The notes under the pieces are model-generated. The model did no database searches. It worked only from the letters and a program-made list of their open reading frames with translations, and was not told the origin of the DNA. DNA of 64,000 bases from Piromyces finnis finn (taxonomy: Eukaryota > Fungi > Neocallimastigomycota): assembly GCA_002104945.1 (NCBI GenBank), contig MCFH01000101.1:8373-72372 (forward strand). The letters run 5' to 3'. Of the stretch, positions 1-13,466 are shown one piece after another. Both the position numbers and the translations under genes were made by a program. Numbering within the stretch: position 1 is the stretch's first letter; every line of letters starts with the position of its first letter.

Positions 1-47
1 TAAGCCATTTCCCTTTGGGAGCGCAGGTTCGAGTCCTGCAGGTGACG
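1..47 (+). tRNA. tRNA-Ser, 3' part (probably anticodon GCT; 5' half outside window)
   Basis: 3' anticodon stem, long variable arm (TCCC-TTT-GGGA), T arm GCAGG-TTCGAGT-CCTGC, acceptor AGGTGAC plus discriminator G. Confidence 0.8.
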
Positions 48-57
48 AAATATTTAT

Positions 58-130
58 GCGAAGTTGGCGCAGTCGGCAGCGCGTAAGTCTCATAATCTTA
101 AGGTCGTGAGTTCGAACCTCACACTTCGCA
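58..130 (+). tRNA. tRNA-Met(CAT), elongator type
   Basis: GCGAAGT/ACTTCGC acceptor stem, CT-CAT-AA loop, TTCGAAC T loop; identical to 42489-42561. Confidence 0.95.
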
Positions 131-227
131 TATTATTTTAAATAGAATTTTTTTTTTTTCTTTATTTTAAAAACCATGCATAAATATTAAACTATAAAGC
201 AATATACCGATATATAATAATAATAAA

Positions 228-398
<171 letters not shown>

Positions 399-768
399 AA
401 TAATAATAATAATCATTATCGTCATAATCAAATGTTTTTTTATTTAGTTATTTTTTTTTTTTTATTTTATTTTAAATAATAAACTAATAAAAAAATTTTT
501 TACTTAATTTTATTTGGTTATTTATAAAATATATTCATTATTAGTTTTGCTTATTAAGTTATGCTAATGTTACTAATATTTTATTAATTATATTATTAAA
601 TTGCTAATCTTTCAAAGAACTTCAAAAACTACTTTAATTCTTTGTTTAAACACTTTTTCTTACATTTAATAAAAATGCATTGATATTAATAATAAGAATA
701 AAAATAAAAATAGAAATAAAATTATAATTTTAAACTAAATATTAATATTAATATTATATAATACGAAT

Positions 769-1410
769 TGTCATAAAATTGTGTAAAGCTAGACACAAAA
801 TCGAATAGATTACGACATCTAATCTTTTACAGTAACAACACAGAATAAAATATGTTTTTATATAAATTTTTTTTATTAATTTACTGTAATAAAATTGTTA
901 ATCACAATTACATCGATAAAATGATGAAAAATACCTTCTATTTATATTTTTCCTAAATACATTTATATTATATTATAACTATTTATTTAATATTGATATA
1001 AAATATAAATTATAAACCTTAATTATTATAAATTGGTAAATATATAATAATTACATAAAATCCATAAATTTATTTACTACAAAAATCTTAAGTTTACATA
1101 AAAAGTTATAGTCGTGGCGTATATTTAAATTATGATTATCACGAGATATTATTGTACATAAATAAATGTTATTTCTTATTTCATTAATGTTTCTATATTT
1201 ATTTTATATATTATTACTAATTTTATTATATTTATATTATTTCTAGTTCTAAATTAAATTTTATATTACTTATTCTTAAATTAAATATTTAGTATATATT
1301 ATGGAAAATATGAATTATTGAAAACACGTTTTGTATTATTAATATTAATAATCAATAAAGTATTTAATCACAAAAACCCTTGAAAAATAAGATTGAATTG
1401 AACCGTGTTA
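769..1410 (+). repeat. Putative 5' LTR of element 1 (related to families N and B, reverse orientation)
   Basis: Starts TGTCAT; 895-965 matches the reverse complement of family-N LTR sequence (ACAATTACATCGATAAAATGA...TTTTTCCTAAATACATTTATA); followed by a PBS-like motif. Confidence 0.55.
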
Positions 1411-1417
1411 TATTATT

Positions 1418-1432
1418 TGGTGGAGATATCGG
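1418..1432 (+). promoter_or_regulatory. Primer-binding site, tRNA-Ala-like
   Basis: TGGTGGAGATATCGG is complementary to a tRNA 3' end ...TCTCCACCA typical of tRNA-Ala; lies between the putative LTR and gag. Confidence 0.6.
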
Positions 1433-1558
1433 TTCTTTTAAGGGAGGAGTGATTGTAGTTGTATTTTAATTATTTTGAATAGTAGTTGCTGATTTAAAAT
1501 AATTTTACTTTGTGTTATTTATATATGTATATATATATAATTGTATTCTATTATAAAA

Positions 1559-3930
1559 ATGCCTGAAGAAGCTTTAAGACAACAAAATAAAATCCTCACA
1601 CTTCAACGTGTCACTGGCATCAGTGATAAAGATAATGATGTTGACATGTGGTATGAACAAATATGCACGCTTGGACGGACCTTCACAAGATCGACGACAA
1701 GAAGGAAATCTACGAATGGTGCTTACTTACTGTCAAGGGTAGCGGTGCCAAGGAGATTAGAAGATGCATTACTCATGGTCCAAATGGAAAAATCTACCCA
1801 GACTTGGAGACCATAAGAGATATTCTCAAAAATTTGTACGACCTGGAATACAAGCCGGAAGATATAATTGACGACTTAAAGTAATTAAAAATAGGCAACA
1901 AAGAGGATATCAAAGAATTCAATAAAAAGTACAAAAGTAAGTATAATCAACTTGAATCTTTTGATCAAAATGGTATTACTGTGGCCGACTATTTAAATGC
2001 AATTAAATCAAGAACGGAATTATGGAAAGGTGTTAAGCTAACTGGTAGATGGATCAAATTAAATGAAGCATTCAAAATTGCAGAGTTATATGACAAAGTT
2101 GATAAGAAAATGAAGAATAAATCTACTAGTAAGTCTTCTTTTGGCTCCTCTTCTCGAGTAAATAGTGGTAGTGGGGGAAACTCTAGTTTTCAGAAGAAAG
2201 CCAATATTAATAAGCCTGAAGAATATAGTGAGAGGATTAGTAAAAAATAATACCAATCCTTTCAAAGTTCAATTTTGTTATTTCTGCTGTAACTCTGGTC
2301 ACATCTGGTCACAAGAAGAGTAGTTGTCCTGAGTATTCTAAATATGAATGTATGAAATATCAAGATATGATGAGTCGCAGTAAACATAACAATAACTTTG
2401 AAGAAGAACACTCTAGTGACTCCGAAAATGATTCTTTAAACTATTAGACGGGAGTGAGCGTTCTCCCGTAAATAATAACGCTCCAGAAGAAATGAAATAT
2501 TATTATGTGGATAGTATCAAAAGAAAGAAGATGTCCTCAGAATCTGAAGTTGAAATTAAACATCCTAAAAAGTAAGCAAAAGAAAAGAAAAAGGTTCATT
2601 TAGATGAAAATATTGAAGGAGACAAAAAGAAAACTTCTCAAAGTAATACAAAAAAACCAAAAAGGAAAATATTACTACCTCTCCTGATGAAAGTCTACTT
2701 GATAATATTAATAATTTGGATGCATCAAATCCAAATAATATATTCATTAAGACGCATGATAGTTAATAATTAATTAAATAATTATTAAATAATAATTTTG
2801 ATATTTTAATGAAAAATTAATTATAAAATTTATTGTATAAATTTTATGGAATAATTAAATAAAGATTAATTTTAAAATATCAAAGTTAGAAATGAAATTT
2901 GGATAAATATTTAAATTAATGGATAATTAAATTTAAATATTTTAAATATTCAAATTAAATCTTAAAAAGTTTTTATTTAATTAAAATTAGTTTAATAACT
3001 TTAGCGTAGTTTTAAATTAGCATTTTTTTAATAGCAAAGATATAATAAATAGTATTATTAATATTTAATTAATATATAGGTAATACATGGACTGTATTTA
3101 ATTTATAGTTTACTCAAATTGAATCAAAAGTGTATTTAATTAGTTTTAGTTTAGTTTTATTATTTTATTATTTAATTAAATTAGTATTAATTTAGTTTTG
3201 TTTATTTTCTATTGAATATATATATAATTAAATAGAATAGTATATTAAAGTATATTTTACAAAAAATATAAATACATGTAAAAATTTCAAAATAAAACAA
3301 TGTAATTGTTATTGACTATTATTTAGTTAATAACTAAATAAAATTAATAAAAAGAGATATTTAAACATATTTTTTTTTTTTTTTTTTTTTTGTTTTTTTT
3401 TTATTTTATTTTTGTGTTTTTGTTTTATTGTAAAATTTTATAATCTGTTTTAAATTTTTATAAAACTTTTACAAATAGTGATAGCGATATTAAAAATAAT
3501 AGTAATGGTGTAGATCATAAAAATTTTAATAAAGAAGATATTAAAAACTATATTTATGAAGTATCAAATATAAAGAATAATAGTAAGAGTAAGTTTAAAA
3601 CATCCAAAAAGGAAATAGATATTAGTACAGAACATAATAAATTAGGAAATAGTAAAATTAAGGAAAGTAGTACTACTCCTAATTTGGAAAGTAATCAAAA
3701 TAATTATGTTCCATACATGGAAAGTAATATATTTGAAATTTGAAAAGAAAATTTTGTCACAAGGCAATTCACGTGATAACATAAATTGTAAGAATATGGC
3801 AGACATACCAAATGTTGTAAAACAGGAAGAAGTGTCAAATTATAACACCAGACATACGGTGTTAGCAAAAGTTAATAATATGGAACCACATGATATCAGT
3901 AAAGATTTGATAAATACTAAATGTAATATT
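1559..3930 (+). pseudogene. gag: gag of element 1 (frameshifted, split by a family-B LTR)
   Basis: MPEEALRQ start, capsid-like segments, CYFCCNSGH...C knuckle at about 2277-2330; frame rejoins across the 2761-3473 insertion (THDS/DSDIK). Confidence 0.75.
2761..3473 (-). mobile_element. Family-B solo LTR lacking one terminus
   Basis: Nearly colinear with 7345-8076; ends ...TTTTACA; about 30 bp missing at the other end. Confidence 0.8.
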
Positions 3931-3934
3931 ACAT

Positions 3935-4576
3935 TTGGACAAGTTTTGGACAAGTTTTGGACAAGTTTTGGACATATGTCCAAAATTAAGAAATGAACTA
4001 TTTAAAAATTTAAAATTAGACAAAGTTCAATTTATTGGTTCCATTGATAAAGATAAAGGATCATTTCTTTATAATATGAACAATACACACAAGATTCCTA
4101 ATAATTTTAGAGAAGACGACCTTGGTGTTGTAGCCTGTTCTGTGGATGGTGTAAATGGGAAATTATTAATTGATTCAGGAAACAATTTGGATTTGGTAAC
4201 ATACAGTTACTTAAATAGTCTCCCAGGACAGTATAAACTAGTTGGCTTCTGTAGAGGTCGTATATCCGAGACTCTAGATGATAGTACTATTGCTGATGCT
4301 ATTGTAGTCCGTTTATGCGTTAAAATAAATAATTATGAATTTGCAGCTGATTTTTGTGTTGTTAAACATAAAGCTACATATTTTGATGTTCTTCTAGGTT
4401 TGAAGTCTACTACTGATAATGTTTTTTTAATTCATCCTTTTACCAAATCGTCATGTAGGTTTAAAGACATCAATAACTTCGAGAATATTTCTCCATTACT
4501 CGAGAATCAAGAATTGCCTATTATCACTTGTTTTGTTAAATATATAGGTCCAACCAAGAATTGTTTTTTCTCTTAA
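3935..4576 (+). pseudogene. pol: Aspartic protease of element 1
   Basis: LLIDSG motif in GKLLIDSGNNLDLV. Confidence 0.88.
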
Positions 4577-4623
4577 TTGGGAAGAAGAGATTTCCGATAA
4601 TGATATGGTTACACCAAATATGA

Positions 4624-5493
4624 ATGTTGGTGCGAAGTCCTTGTCTCCATATGATTATATTAGGTATATTAGGAATCCTGAATTTTTTGTCTGGTTTAGA
4701 CCCAGCTTATAGAAAGAATGTTACTAACCTTCTTAGTGAATATATTGATGTGGTAGCTACATCTACAGAAGAATTAACTCCATCTAAATTAAACCTGCAC
4801 CACATCGAATTAAAGCCTGGTTCCGTTCCGTTCAAGAGTCGTTTTTATGGTCTGAATAAGGCTAAGTCAGATATTCTCAAGGAAGAGTTATCAAAACTCT
4901 TAAATAAAGGACTAATTAAACCTTCGAAGTCTTCTTGGTCATCTCTTATTGTTTTAGTCTCAAAGAATAATGGTAAATGGCGCTTGTGTTGTGATTATAG
5001 AAAATTAAATGGTATGACAGTTCCTGACTCATATTCAATTCCAAATATTGATGAGATTTTTCATAGTCTCCATGGCGCAAAGGTATTCTCTACGCTGGAC
5101 TTGTTCTCTGGTTACCATTAAATTCTTATGGATGAAGGAAGTAGAGATTTAACTAGTTTTACTACAAAGTTTGGTAACTTTGTATATAAGGTAATACCCT
5201 TTGGTCTAACTGGTGCTCCTGCAGCTTTTCAAAGAAAAATGAATCGAATTCTCTTTGATCTTCTGGGAAATTGTACTTTTGTTTTCATGAATGATGTTCT
5301 AATTTTCTCTAAAAATGAAGAAAATCATATTAAATATATTACACAAGTCCTATCCACTTTTAGGAAACATAAAGTTAAAATCAACATTGAGAAATATTGC
5401 TTCTTTAAGGAGGAGGTGGAGGTGCTAGGACATGTGGTTTCTAAGGATGGGTTAAAAACAATGAAATCAAGAATTGAAGCAATAAAAAATTGA
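4624..5493 (+). pseudogene. pol: Reverse transcriptase of element 1
   Basis: WRLCCDYRKLN, FSTLDLFSGYH, PFGLTGAPAAFQ; YxDD degenerated to FMND. Confidence 0.93.
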
Positions 5494-5598
5494 ACAAAAC
5501 CAGAAAATATTAGTGAACTCAGATCCTTTCTAGGTACTGTAGGATATTACAGAAAATTTATTAAAGATTATACTAAACTGGCTGCTCCATTAAACAAA

Positions 5599-6856
5599 TT
5601 GTTAAGAAAGGACGAGCCATATATTTGGGAGAAAGATCAACAAAATAGTTTTAATGTATTAAAGGATGCAATTATTAGTGCACCAATTTTGAGATATCCA
5701 GATTATAATAAACAATTTATTATTAGGACAGACGCTTGCTTAGACGGTATTGGAGGTGTGCTACTACAAGTGGGTGAAAAAGACAATTTAGAACATCCGA
5801 TACACTTTGTCAGTAGAACTCTAACGAAGGCAGAAAGAAATTATAGTATTACTGATCTAGAAGGAACTGCAGTATACTATTGTGCAAAGGAGTTTAAGTA
5901 CTACATATCTGGGAATAAATATGAAACTCTTTTATATGCAGACCACAAACCATTAGTAGGTCTGTTTGACAACAAAGAACCAAACAGTATGAGGCACACA
6001 AGGTGATACATCCTCATCCTCATAAGTATGCTGATGTAAAGATATCAAACGCCACAGATTGATATCTTTAATGTAATTTAAGCCATAAATATTACTGTTT
6101 AAGTTACACGAATTATATTACAGAAAAAGAAAATGGAACATAACTTATTTATCAATAATTTAAGTCTAAAACAAAATAAATTATTAATTTAGTTTTAATG
6201 TTTATCAAATAAATTAAAATTCTCAATTTAAACCCCTAGTTTTAGTATTGTTTTGTAATAGAAATAGATATATAGTATATAATTATTAAATGATTAACAT
6301 ATCAATAATACATGGGCACATATTCAAATTGAATAGTACTTAATTTGAATTGCCAATTGTATTTTACTAAAAATAGTTATAGTTTAAATATTTATTAATA
6401 ATTAAGATTTTAGGTGTAGATTTTAAATAATAATATATAAGAAATAAATAATTATAATATAATATAATATAATATAATATAATATAATATAATATAATAT
6501 AATATAATATAATATAATATAATATAATATAATATAATATAATATAATATAATATAATATAATATAATATAATATAATATAATATAATATAATATAATAT
6601 AATATAAATGTATTTAGGAAAAATATAAATAGAAGATATTTTTTATCATTTTATCGATGTAATTGTTATTAAAAAATTCTATTATAATAAAAGATATTTT
6701 TATAAAACAAATTTCTATTTTTATTTTCAATTTAGTGTTATTGTAATAGAACAGATATCTTAATTTATTCTTTCCATGTTTATATTACAGCTGAGAATAA
6801 AAATTAAATATCAGCAAGGGAAAGAAAACTCTCTAGCGGATGCCTTATCTAGGATT
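5599..6856 (+). pseudogene. pol: RNase H of element 1, split by a family-N LTR
   Basis: FIIRTDAC, YSITDLEG, DHKPL; frame resumes after the insertion as RIKIKYQQGKENSLADALSR. Confidence 0.9.
6035..6789 (-). mobile_element. Family-N solo LTR, TSD GCTGA
   Basis: TGTAAAGATATC...ATATTACA; GCTGA at 6030-6034 and 6790-6794; homologous to 22639-23257; internal (ATATA)n expansion. Confidence 0.9.
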
Positions 6857-7344
6857 AAAATAATCGAAGAAAAAAAAAAAACAGGGACAGGAAATAAAGG
6901 ACAATTCAATAAAAGTCAATCAAATAAAGTTTAAGAAGAAGAAGAAGAATATAGACTTTAATGCTTGTTGAGACAAACATTTTAATAGCAAAATCAAAAA
7001 TTTAATTAATTGATATTAATCATAAATTTAAAAATTTACTCAATTTGGAAAAATTGAGGGAAATTGGAGGGTATATAAAAAATTTGAAATTTGAAAATTT
7101 GGAAAATCAAAAATGTGAAATTGGAGAAAGATTTCAATTTAAAATTTATTATATGTATGATCAATATATATTAGTGAATTGATACATATATTAGATGATA
7201 TATCTAAATACATTGATAATATATTAGACAATATAAAAATTGGTTCCAATATATATCGATTAAATCAAAATAAAATAAAAAAATTTTTAATTAAATTAAA
7301 TGGAAAGTAGATATATTAAAATATATGATAAATCAATTGATACA

Positions 7345-8076
7345 TGTAAAGATATAATATATATCTTTAAATTATTTAATAATTAATTAATAATTATTAA
7401 ATAATAATTTTGATATTTAATGAAAAATTATTTATAAAATTTATTATATAAATTTTAAGGAATAATTAAATAAATATTAATTTTAAAATATCAAAATTGG
7501 AAATGAAATTTGGATAAATATTTAAATTAATGGATAATTAAATTTAAATATTTTAAATATTCAAATTAAATCTTAAAAAGTTCTTATTTAATTAAAATAG
7601 TTTAATAACTTTAGCGTAGTTTTAAATTAGTATTTTTAATAGTAAATATATAATAAATAGTATTATTAATATTTAATTAATATATAGGTAATACATGGAC
7701 TGTATTCAATTTGTAGTTTACTCAAATTGAATCAAAAGTGTATTTAATTAGTTTTAGTTTAGTTTTATTATTTTATTATTTTATTATTTAATTAAATTAG
7801 TATTAAATTAGTTTTGTTTATTTTATATTGAATATATGTATAATTAAATAGAATAGTATATTAAAATATAATTTGTAAAAAATATAAATACATGTAAAAT
7901 TTCATAGTTAAACGATGTAATTGTTATTGACTATAGTTTAGTTAATAACTAAATAAGAATAAATAAAAGAGGATATAAATAAATTTTGTTTTGTTTTTAA
8001 TTTTTTATTTTATTTAGTGTTTTTTGTTTTATTGTAAAAAATTTTATAATCTGTTTTAAATTTTAAAATTTTTACA
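7345..8076 (-). mobile_element. Family-B solo LTR, TSD ATACA
   Basis: TGTAAAGATA...TTTTACA; ATACA at 7340-7344 and 8077-8081. Confidence 0.88.
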
Positions 8077-8220
8077 ATACATATAGAAAACAATATATTA
8101 CAATGTAATACAAATCTGATTAACATGAAATACATAAATCTATGAATTTATGTAAAAATAAGAAACAATTGTACCAACATTATACCAATATATTAAATTA
8201 TATGGATAATATATTCAACA

Positions 8221-9075
8221 ATAAGATGAATAGTTACTTAGAGAAGAATTTTAAAATAAACTCAATAAATAAGGGAATTCAGGAAGGTGTTAATAGTCCG
8301 GTAGCTAATGAAAATGAGAATATGGTTGACCTTACGAAGTCTTTTGTTGAGGAAAATATAGTTAAATTAAATGGAAAAAAATATTTTAAGGATAAAGACT
8401 ATTACAGAAAAATAATTAGTTTACCAGAAGAAAAATTTAAAATAATATGGAAAGCTCACTCAATAGGACATGAGGGCTTTGAAAAGGATTATGAAAGTAT
8501 TAAGAAGAATTATTACTGGAGGGGAATAATGACATAAAGAGAATTATTAAAGGATGTCAAACCATGTCAAACCATGTCAAACCTGCCAGTTAAATAAGAA
8601 AAATGAAGTGCCAGACCCTACAGAGAAATATGCCACTCTAGTAGAGGCTCCTTTCACTCATTTAGGATTAGACATTATTGGTCCACTCCCTATTACTATT
8701 ACAAGTAGAAATAACCAGTATATTATTGTAAGTGTAGATTATTTTACAAAATGGGTAGAGGCTGAACCTTTAACGACAGTTACAGCAAGAGATGTAGTCT
8801 ACTTCCTGACTAGGGTATTTTCCAGGCATGGGATTCCTTCAGTAGTTACAACTGATAATGGGGTTCGGCTTACAGCAGATTATACCAAAATCTTTCTGGA
8901 TATGTATGACGTATACATTAAATTTATTGTAACGTATCATCCAGAATCGAACGGACTAACAGAAAATAGAAATAGGGAGATAGGTAAACTACTTAGACTA
9001 CTGGGAAGTAAGGAGAAAGATTGGGATTTGGTCTTACCTTCGACTTTATGAGTATTGAGAACTTCGAAGAATACT
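8221..9075 (+). pseudogene. pol: Integrase of element 1 (truncated)
   Basis: H..GHEG / CQTC zinc site, LGLDIIGP, TDNG, ENRN (DDE core). Confidence 0.92.
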
Positions 9076-9283
9076 AGAGTTATTAAATGATAATTGTAAT
9101 TTTATAATTATATAAAGTAAATTTTATACTATAAAGCTAACACTTGCAAATGAACAAGTATAAATATCATTTATTCTTATTTTCTTTATTTTATTTTATT
9201 TAATAAATATAATATATTTAGATACAAGTATTGTCACTTTCTATATTTAATTATAGAATTAAGACAATATCTTCTATGTATCA
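9075..9283 (+). repeat. Family-A LTR 3' fragment
   Basis: Shares AGAGTTATTAAAT...AATGAACAAGTATAAA...TCACTTTCTATATT with 45200, 49775 and, inverted, 29181. Confidence 0.7.
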
Positions 9284-9286
9284 GCA

Positions 9287-10707
9287 TGTTACGATTCGAG
9301 GAAATTAATTTGTTTATAAAATATTAATAAACTTATTAATACTCAAAAATAATATTAAAATAAAATGAGAAAAAATTGTTTTATTAATAAGTTTGTTTTA
9401 TTAGGATATTAGAATATAAAATTATGAAGATAAAAAAAAGAAAACAATATATATTTCTAGCTCTTATAATACACACTCTTTTATTTTTTTTGTGGAAATT
9501 TAAGTAGTGTTAATTAAAAGAATTAGCATTTAATTATTTACATTAATTTTCTTATTTAAATTAATTTTAAATGAATAATACAATTGCATTACTATTATAA
9601 TAAATAATTATACATATTATTGAATTAATTAACATATATTAAAAGTTTACTTAAATATATTTAACTGAAGAATTATACTATTTTACAGAAATATTATTTA
9701 TAATTTAATTAATAAAAATTCATTAACTTGATAAATTAAACTAAAAGTTCAATAAACTACAATTTTTCAATATATTACGATTACTAAATTTATTTTTAGG
9801 TTTAATAAAATAAAGTTTAGATTTAATAAAATAAAATTTAGATTTAATAAAATAAAATTTAGATTTAATAAAATAAAATTTAGATTTAATAAAATAAAAT
9901 TTAGATTTAATAAAATAAAATTTAGATTTAATAAAATAAAATTTAGATTTAATAAAATAAAATTTAGATTTAATAAAATAAAATTTAGATTTAATAAAAT
10001 AAAATTTAGATTTAATAAAATAAAATTTAGATTTAATAAAATAAAATTTAGGTTTAATTATAATTCTAGACTATAATTAAATTAAATAAAGTTTAAATAA
10101 TATAGAATTTCATTTAATTCATTCAACAATGCTCAATTAAAATTATAATAAATAAAAAATTATCAAAAGAAATATTTAGATTAGTTTTAATATATATAAA
10201 TTAATTAAGTCACTAATATTAAAAAATAAGTTAATAATATTTTTCCAAAACCAAATTGGTTTTTTAATTATTTAATTCAACAAATAATTCTTCATGGTTT
10301 TCTTCTAGTCTTTTTTCCTAAAAAAAAAAAAAAAACACCAACTACACTAGAATCCAATAAAAAGTTATAGAATAACAAGTTATTAATCAATTTAATAAAT
10401 TAAAATTCTATAATTTAATATTAACAAACAAGCAAACAAACAAACAAATAAATAAATAAAACAAAAGGATAAAAGGCTCTTATTTTTCACTCTAGAAAAA
10501 TAAGAGTTACTATTATAAAAATTTTATAAAGAAATATAACGAATAAAAAACTATAACAAAATAAAAATTTCTTAAAAATCATTTTTTAACCCTTTACATC
10601 TAAGTGTCTAAATTATATATAAGTATTTTCTTTATTATATTTTATAATAAACTCTATTTTAGTGTTATCTTAGTTTCCTTTAGTTTGATATTAAAGGAGT
10701 TCCTGAC
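9287..10707. repeat. Putative LTR (family O) with internal 21-bp tandem array
   Basis: TGTTAC...CCTGACA termini; only approximate TSD (CAGCA/CAAGC); single copy in window. Confidence 0.4.
9795..10057. repeat. 21-bp minisatellite, about 12 copies
   Basis: Unit GATTTAATAAAATAAAATTTA. Confidence 0.92.
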
Positions 10708-10998
10708 ACAAGCATTGTAAGAAATAATAATTATTCTTAATTGAATAATTGCTATTTCTTAGTATTTAATAATAATTCATTTAAAACATTATTTTCATAT
10801 ACGCCAATTTTTAAATATGAAATTTATTTATTTATTTATTTATTATACTTTTAATTTATTTATTTATTTATTTATTTATTATACTTTTAATTTATTTATT
10901 TATTTATTTATTATATTTTTATATATTTAATTAGCATCGTAAATTTATTTAATTATTAGTCTTTATATACATTTAATTAATACGAATTATTTATTTAC

Positions 10999-11963
10999 TG
11001 TAAAGATACAATATATATCTTTAGAATATTTAATAATTAATAATTAATTATGAAATGATAAATTAATAGTTAGTAAAACTAATTATAAAGTTTTTGGAAT
11101 AAATTTTATGGAATAATTTAATAATTCCGTTAAATTTAAATTAAGATAAATATTTAAATTTAAGGAATAAAAGAATTTTAATTAAATTTAGATTAAGATA
11201 AAATATTTAAATTTAAGGAATAAAAGAATTTTAATTAAATTTAAATTAAGATAAAATATTTAAATTTAAGGAATAAAAGAATTTTAATTAAATTTAAATT
11301 AAGATAAAATATTTAAATTTAAGGAATAAAAGAATTTTAATTAAATTTAAATTAAGATAAAATATTTAAATTTAAGGAATAAAAGAATTTTAATTAAATT
11401 TAAATTAAGATAAATATTTTAAATAATCAAAATACTTTTTATTTAAATTTATAATAATTTAATAATTATAACTTAGTTTTAAAATAGATTTATTTATATT
11501 TCAATATGAAATATATTATGAATAGTATTAATAGTATTAATAATATTAAATTAATTTATAAATAATACATGGGCTTTTTTCAATTTTGAGTTTACTCAAA
11601 TTGAATTAAAAGTATAATGAGTTAGTTTTAGTTTAGCTTTATTATTCTATTATTTAATTAGGTTAGTTTTGTTTATTTTATATTAAATATATTTTTTATT
11701 TAAATAGACTAATATACTAGAATATAATTATGAAAAAATATATATACATATAGTTTTTGTTTGTTAAATCAATGTAATTGTTATTTTAATTTTTTAATTA
11801 TTAACTATTATATAGTTAATAATATTTATTAGAGTTTTAAATAAAATGCTTTTTTTTTTTTTTTTTAAATAAAAATTTAATGTTTTATTTTTTTTTATTT
11901 TTGTGTTTATAAAAATTGTTTTGTTTTAAGTATAAAATCTGTTTTAAATTTTATACTTTTACA
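10999..11963 (-). mobile_element. Family-B solo LTR, TSD TTTAC
   Basis: TGTAAAGATA...TTTTACA; TTTAC on both sides. Confidence 0.88.
11131..11419. repeat. 53-bp tandem repeat (about 5.4 copies) inside the family-B LTR
   Basis: Unit TAAATTTAAATTAAGATAAAATATTTAAATTTAAGGAATAAAAGAATTTTAAT. Confidence 0.9.
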
Positions 11964-12769
11964 TTTACATATTATTATTTTATAAATTTAATTTTTATAA
12001 TTAATATTCCTTATATTTATCATTTTAACGAATTAGTAATTACATATTAATTATATTTTAATTCTTATATTATAGATAAAATAAAAATCGGTATTTTAAG
12101 GTTTTTTCTGATTGCATATTAAGGAAGCATTCGGTTTTACTTAATTTACACGATGATCAATATGATTAGAATATTGATCGAAAATCATGTTTAGGTTTTT
12201 CTTCTAATTTTTTCCTAAGCATTTTATTTGTTGAGACTAGAGCACACTTTAATTAACCTTATTTTTTTAATAAAAATATAAATAGAACACTCTTGAAATT
12301 CCAAGAGTTATTATTATAAAAGAATAAATTATAATAAATAACACAAATACATTTTTCATCTTCTTTAAAATAATAAAACAAAAAACTTTTCTAATAATAA
12401 TAATTAATAATCTCAAACTCAGTTTAACTCTTGGTATTTTGTTGTTTATTATAAATCTTTATAATAAACTCGATAAGTCTTTATTAATTTTTATTTCTTT
12501 ATTCTAATTTATCAAACTATTATAATATATTGTTATATTACTACAATATTGATAATTAATATTATATTGTAGTTGTAATTTCTTTAAATTATTATAAGAA
12601 ATAACTAGAAATATTGATACAATATTTTCATAAAGCACCACAAAATAATTTATTTATTTTAGGACAAAGCAAATAGGGAATTATAAAATAATATATTCTA
12701 ATAAAGAAAGTTAATAATAGCAATTTCAATATGATTACTAAATAAAATAAAAAGAAAGAAACCTAGATT

Positions 12770-13459
12770 GTTAATTAATTAAATAAATGAAATGAATGAA
12801 TAAATAAAATTTTAAATAAATATTAATGTATTATTAATTTATTATTAATTTATTAATTAACTTTATTTATTAATAAAAATTTTATTTAAAGAAAAAATTT
12901 TATTTAAAGAAAAAATTTTATTTAAAGAAAAAATTTTATTTAAAGAAAAAATTTTATTTAAAGAAAAAATTTTATTTATTAATTATTATTATTATTAGGT
13001 TAAATATTTAGATTAATGAACTCTCGAAATTCCTAATGATAGGAATTTTCTTGAGTGTTTATACTATCTTTAATATTAAAAGAATATATTTAATATTTAA
13101 TACATGATTAATTGTTTATATTAATTAACTATTCTATAAATTAAATATATATTAATTATATATAATTATATATGACTATTAAATTCGAGTTATATTTAAT
13201 AATTTTAAAGTCATATTATAAATCATTTTCAGAAGGAATGATTGTTTTATAATTTAATTTTAATTTCCTTCATAATCAAATGGACAAAGGGGTATTAATT
13301 CAAGCATTAATAAATATAAAATTTTAATAATTATAAAATAATAATATCTCTTAAATATTATTTAATACTGTTTTATAATAAAATATTCCTAATTAATTAA
13401 ACAAATAAAACGTTACATTATTTAAATAAATAATCATGAATCCACTATTATTCATGGCA
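12770..13459 (-). mobile_element. Family-C LTR (one end truncated)
   Basis: Inverted near-copy of 19532-20242; ends ATTCATGGCA. Confidence 0.82.
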
Positions 13460-13466
13460 TATTATA

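Larger units (their letters stand above)
769..9075 (+). mobile_element. Degenerate Ty3/gypsy LTR retrotransposon (element 1), 3'-truncated, interrupted by solo LTRs
   Basis: Gag with CCHC-like knuckle followed by PR, RT, RNase H, IN; many stops and frameshifts; no 3' LTR seen. Confidence 0.92.
10716..12620 (+). mobile_element. Family-E solo LTR interrupted by a family-B LTR
   Basis: TGTAAGAAAA start; 12070-12600 aligns with the 3' LTR at 61368-62306; right end approximate. Confidence 0.8.

Noticed and set aside
6966-8220. TGTTGA...TCAACA-bounded AT-rich segment in element 1 as another solo LTR
   Set aside because: No TSD (ATGCT vs ATAAG) and no second copy; left unannotated although probably an insertion
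5491-9051. TGA at conserved Trp positions (5491, 6004, 9049), suggesting TGA=Trp recoding
   Set aside because: Most Trp codons in the same element are TGG, other stop types and frameshifts occur, and the tRNA-Trp anticodon is CCA; best explained by G>A decay
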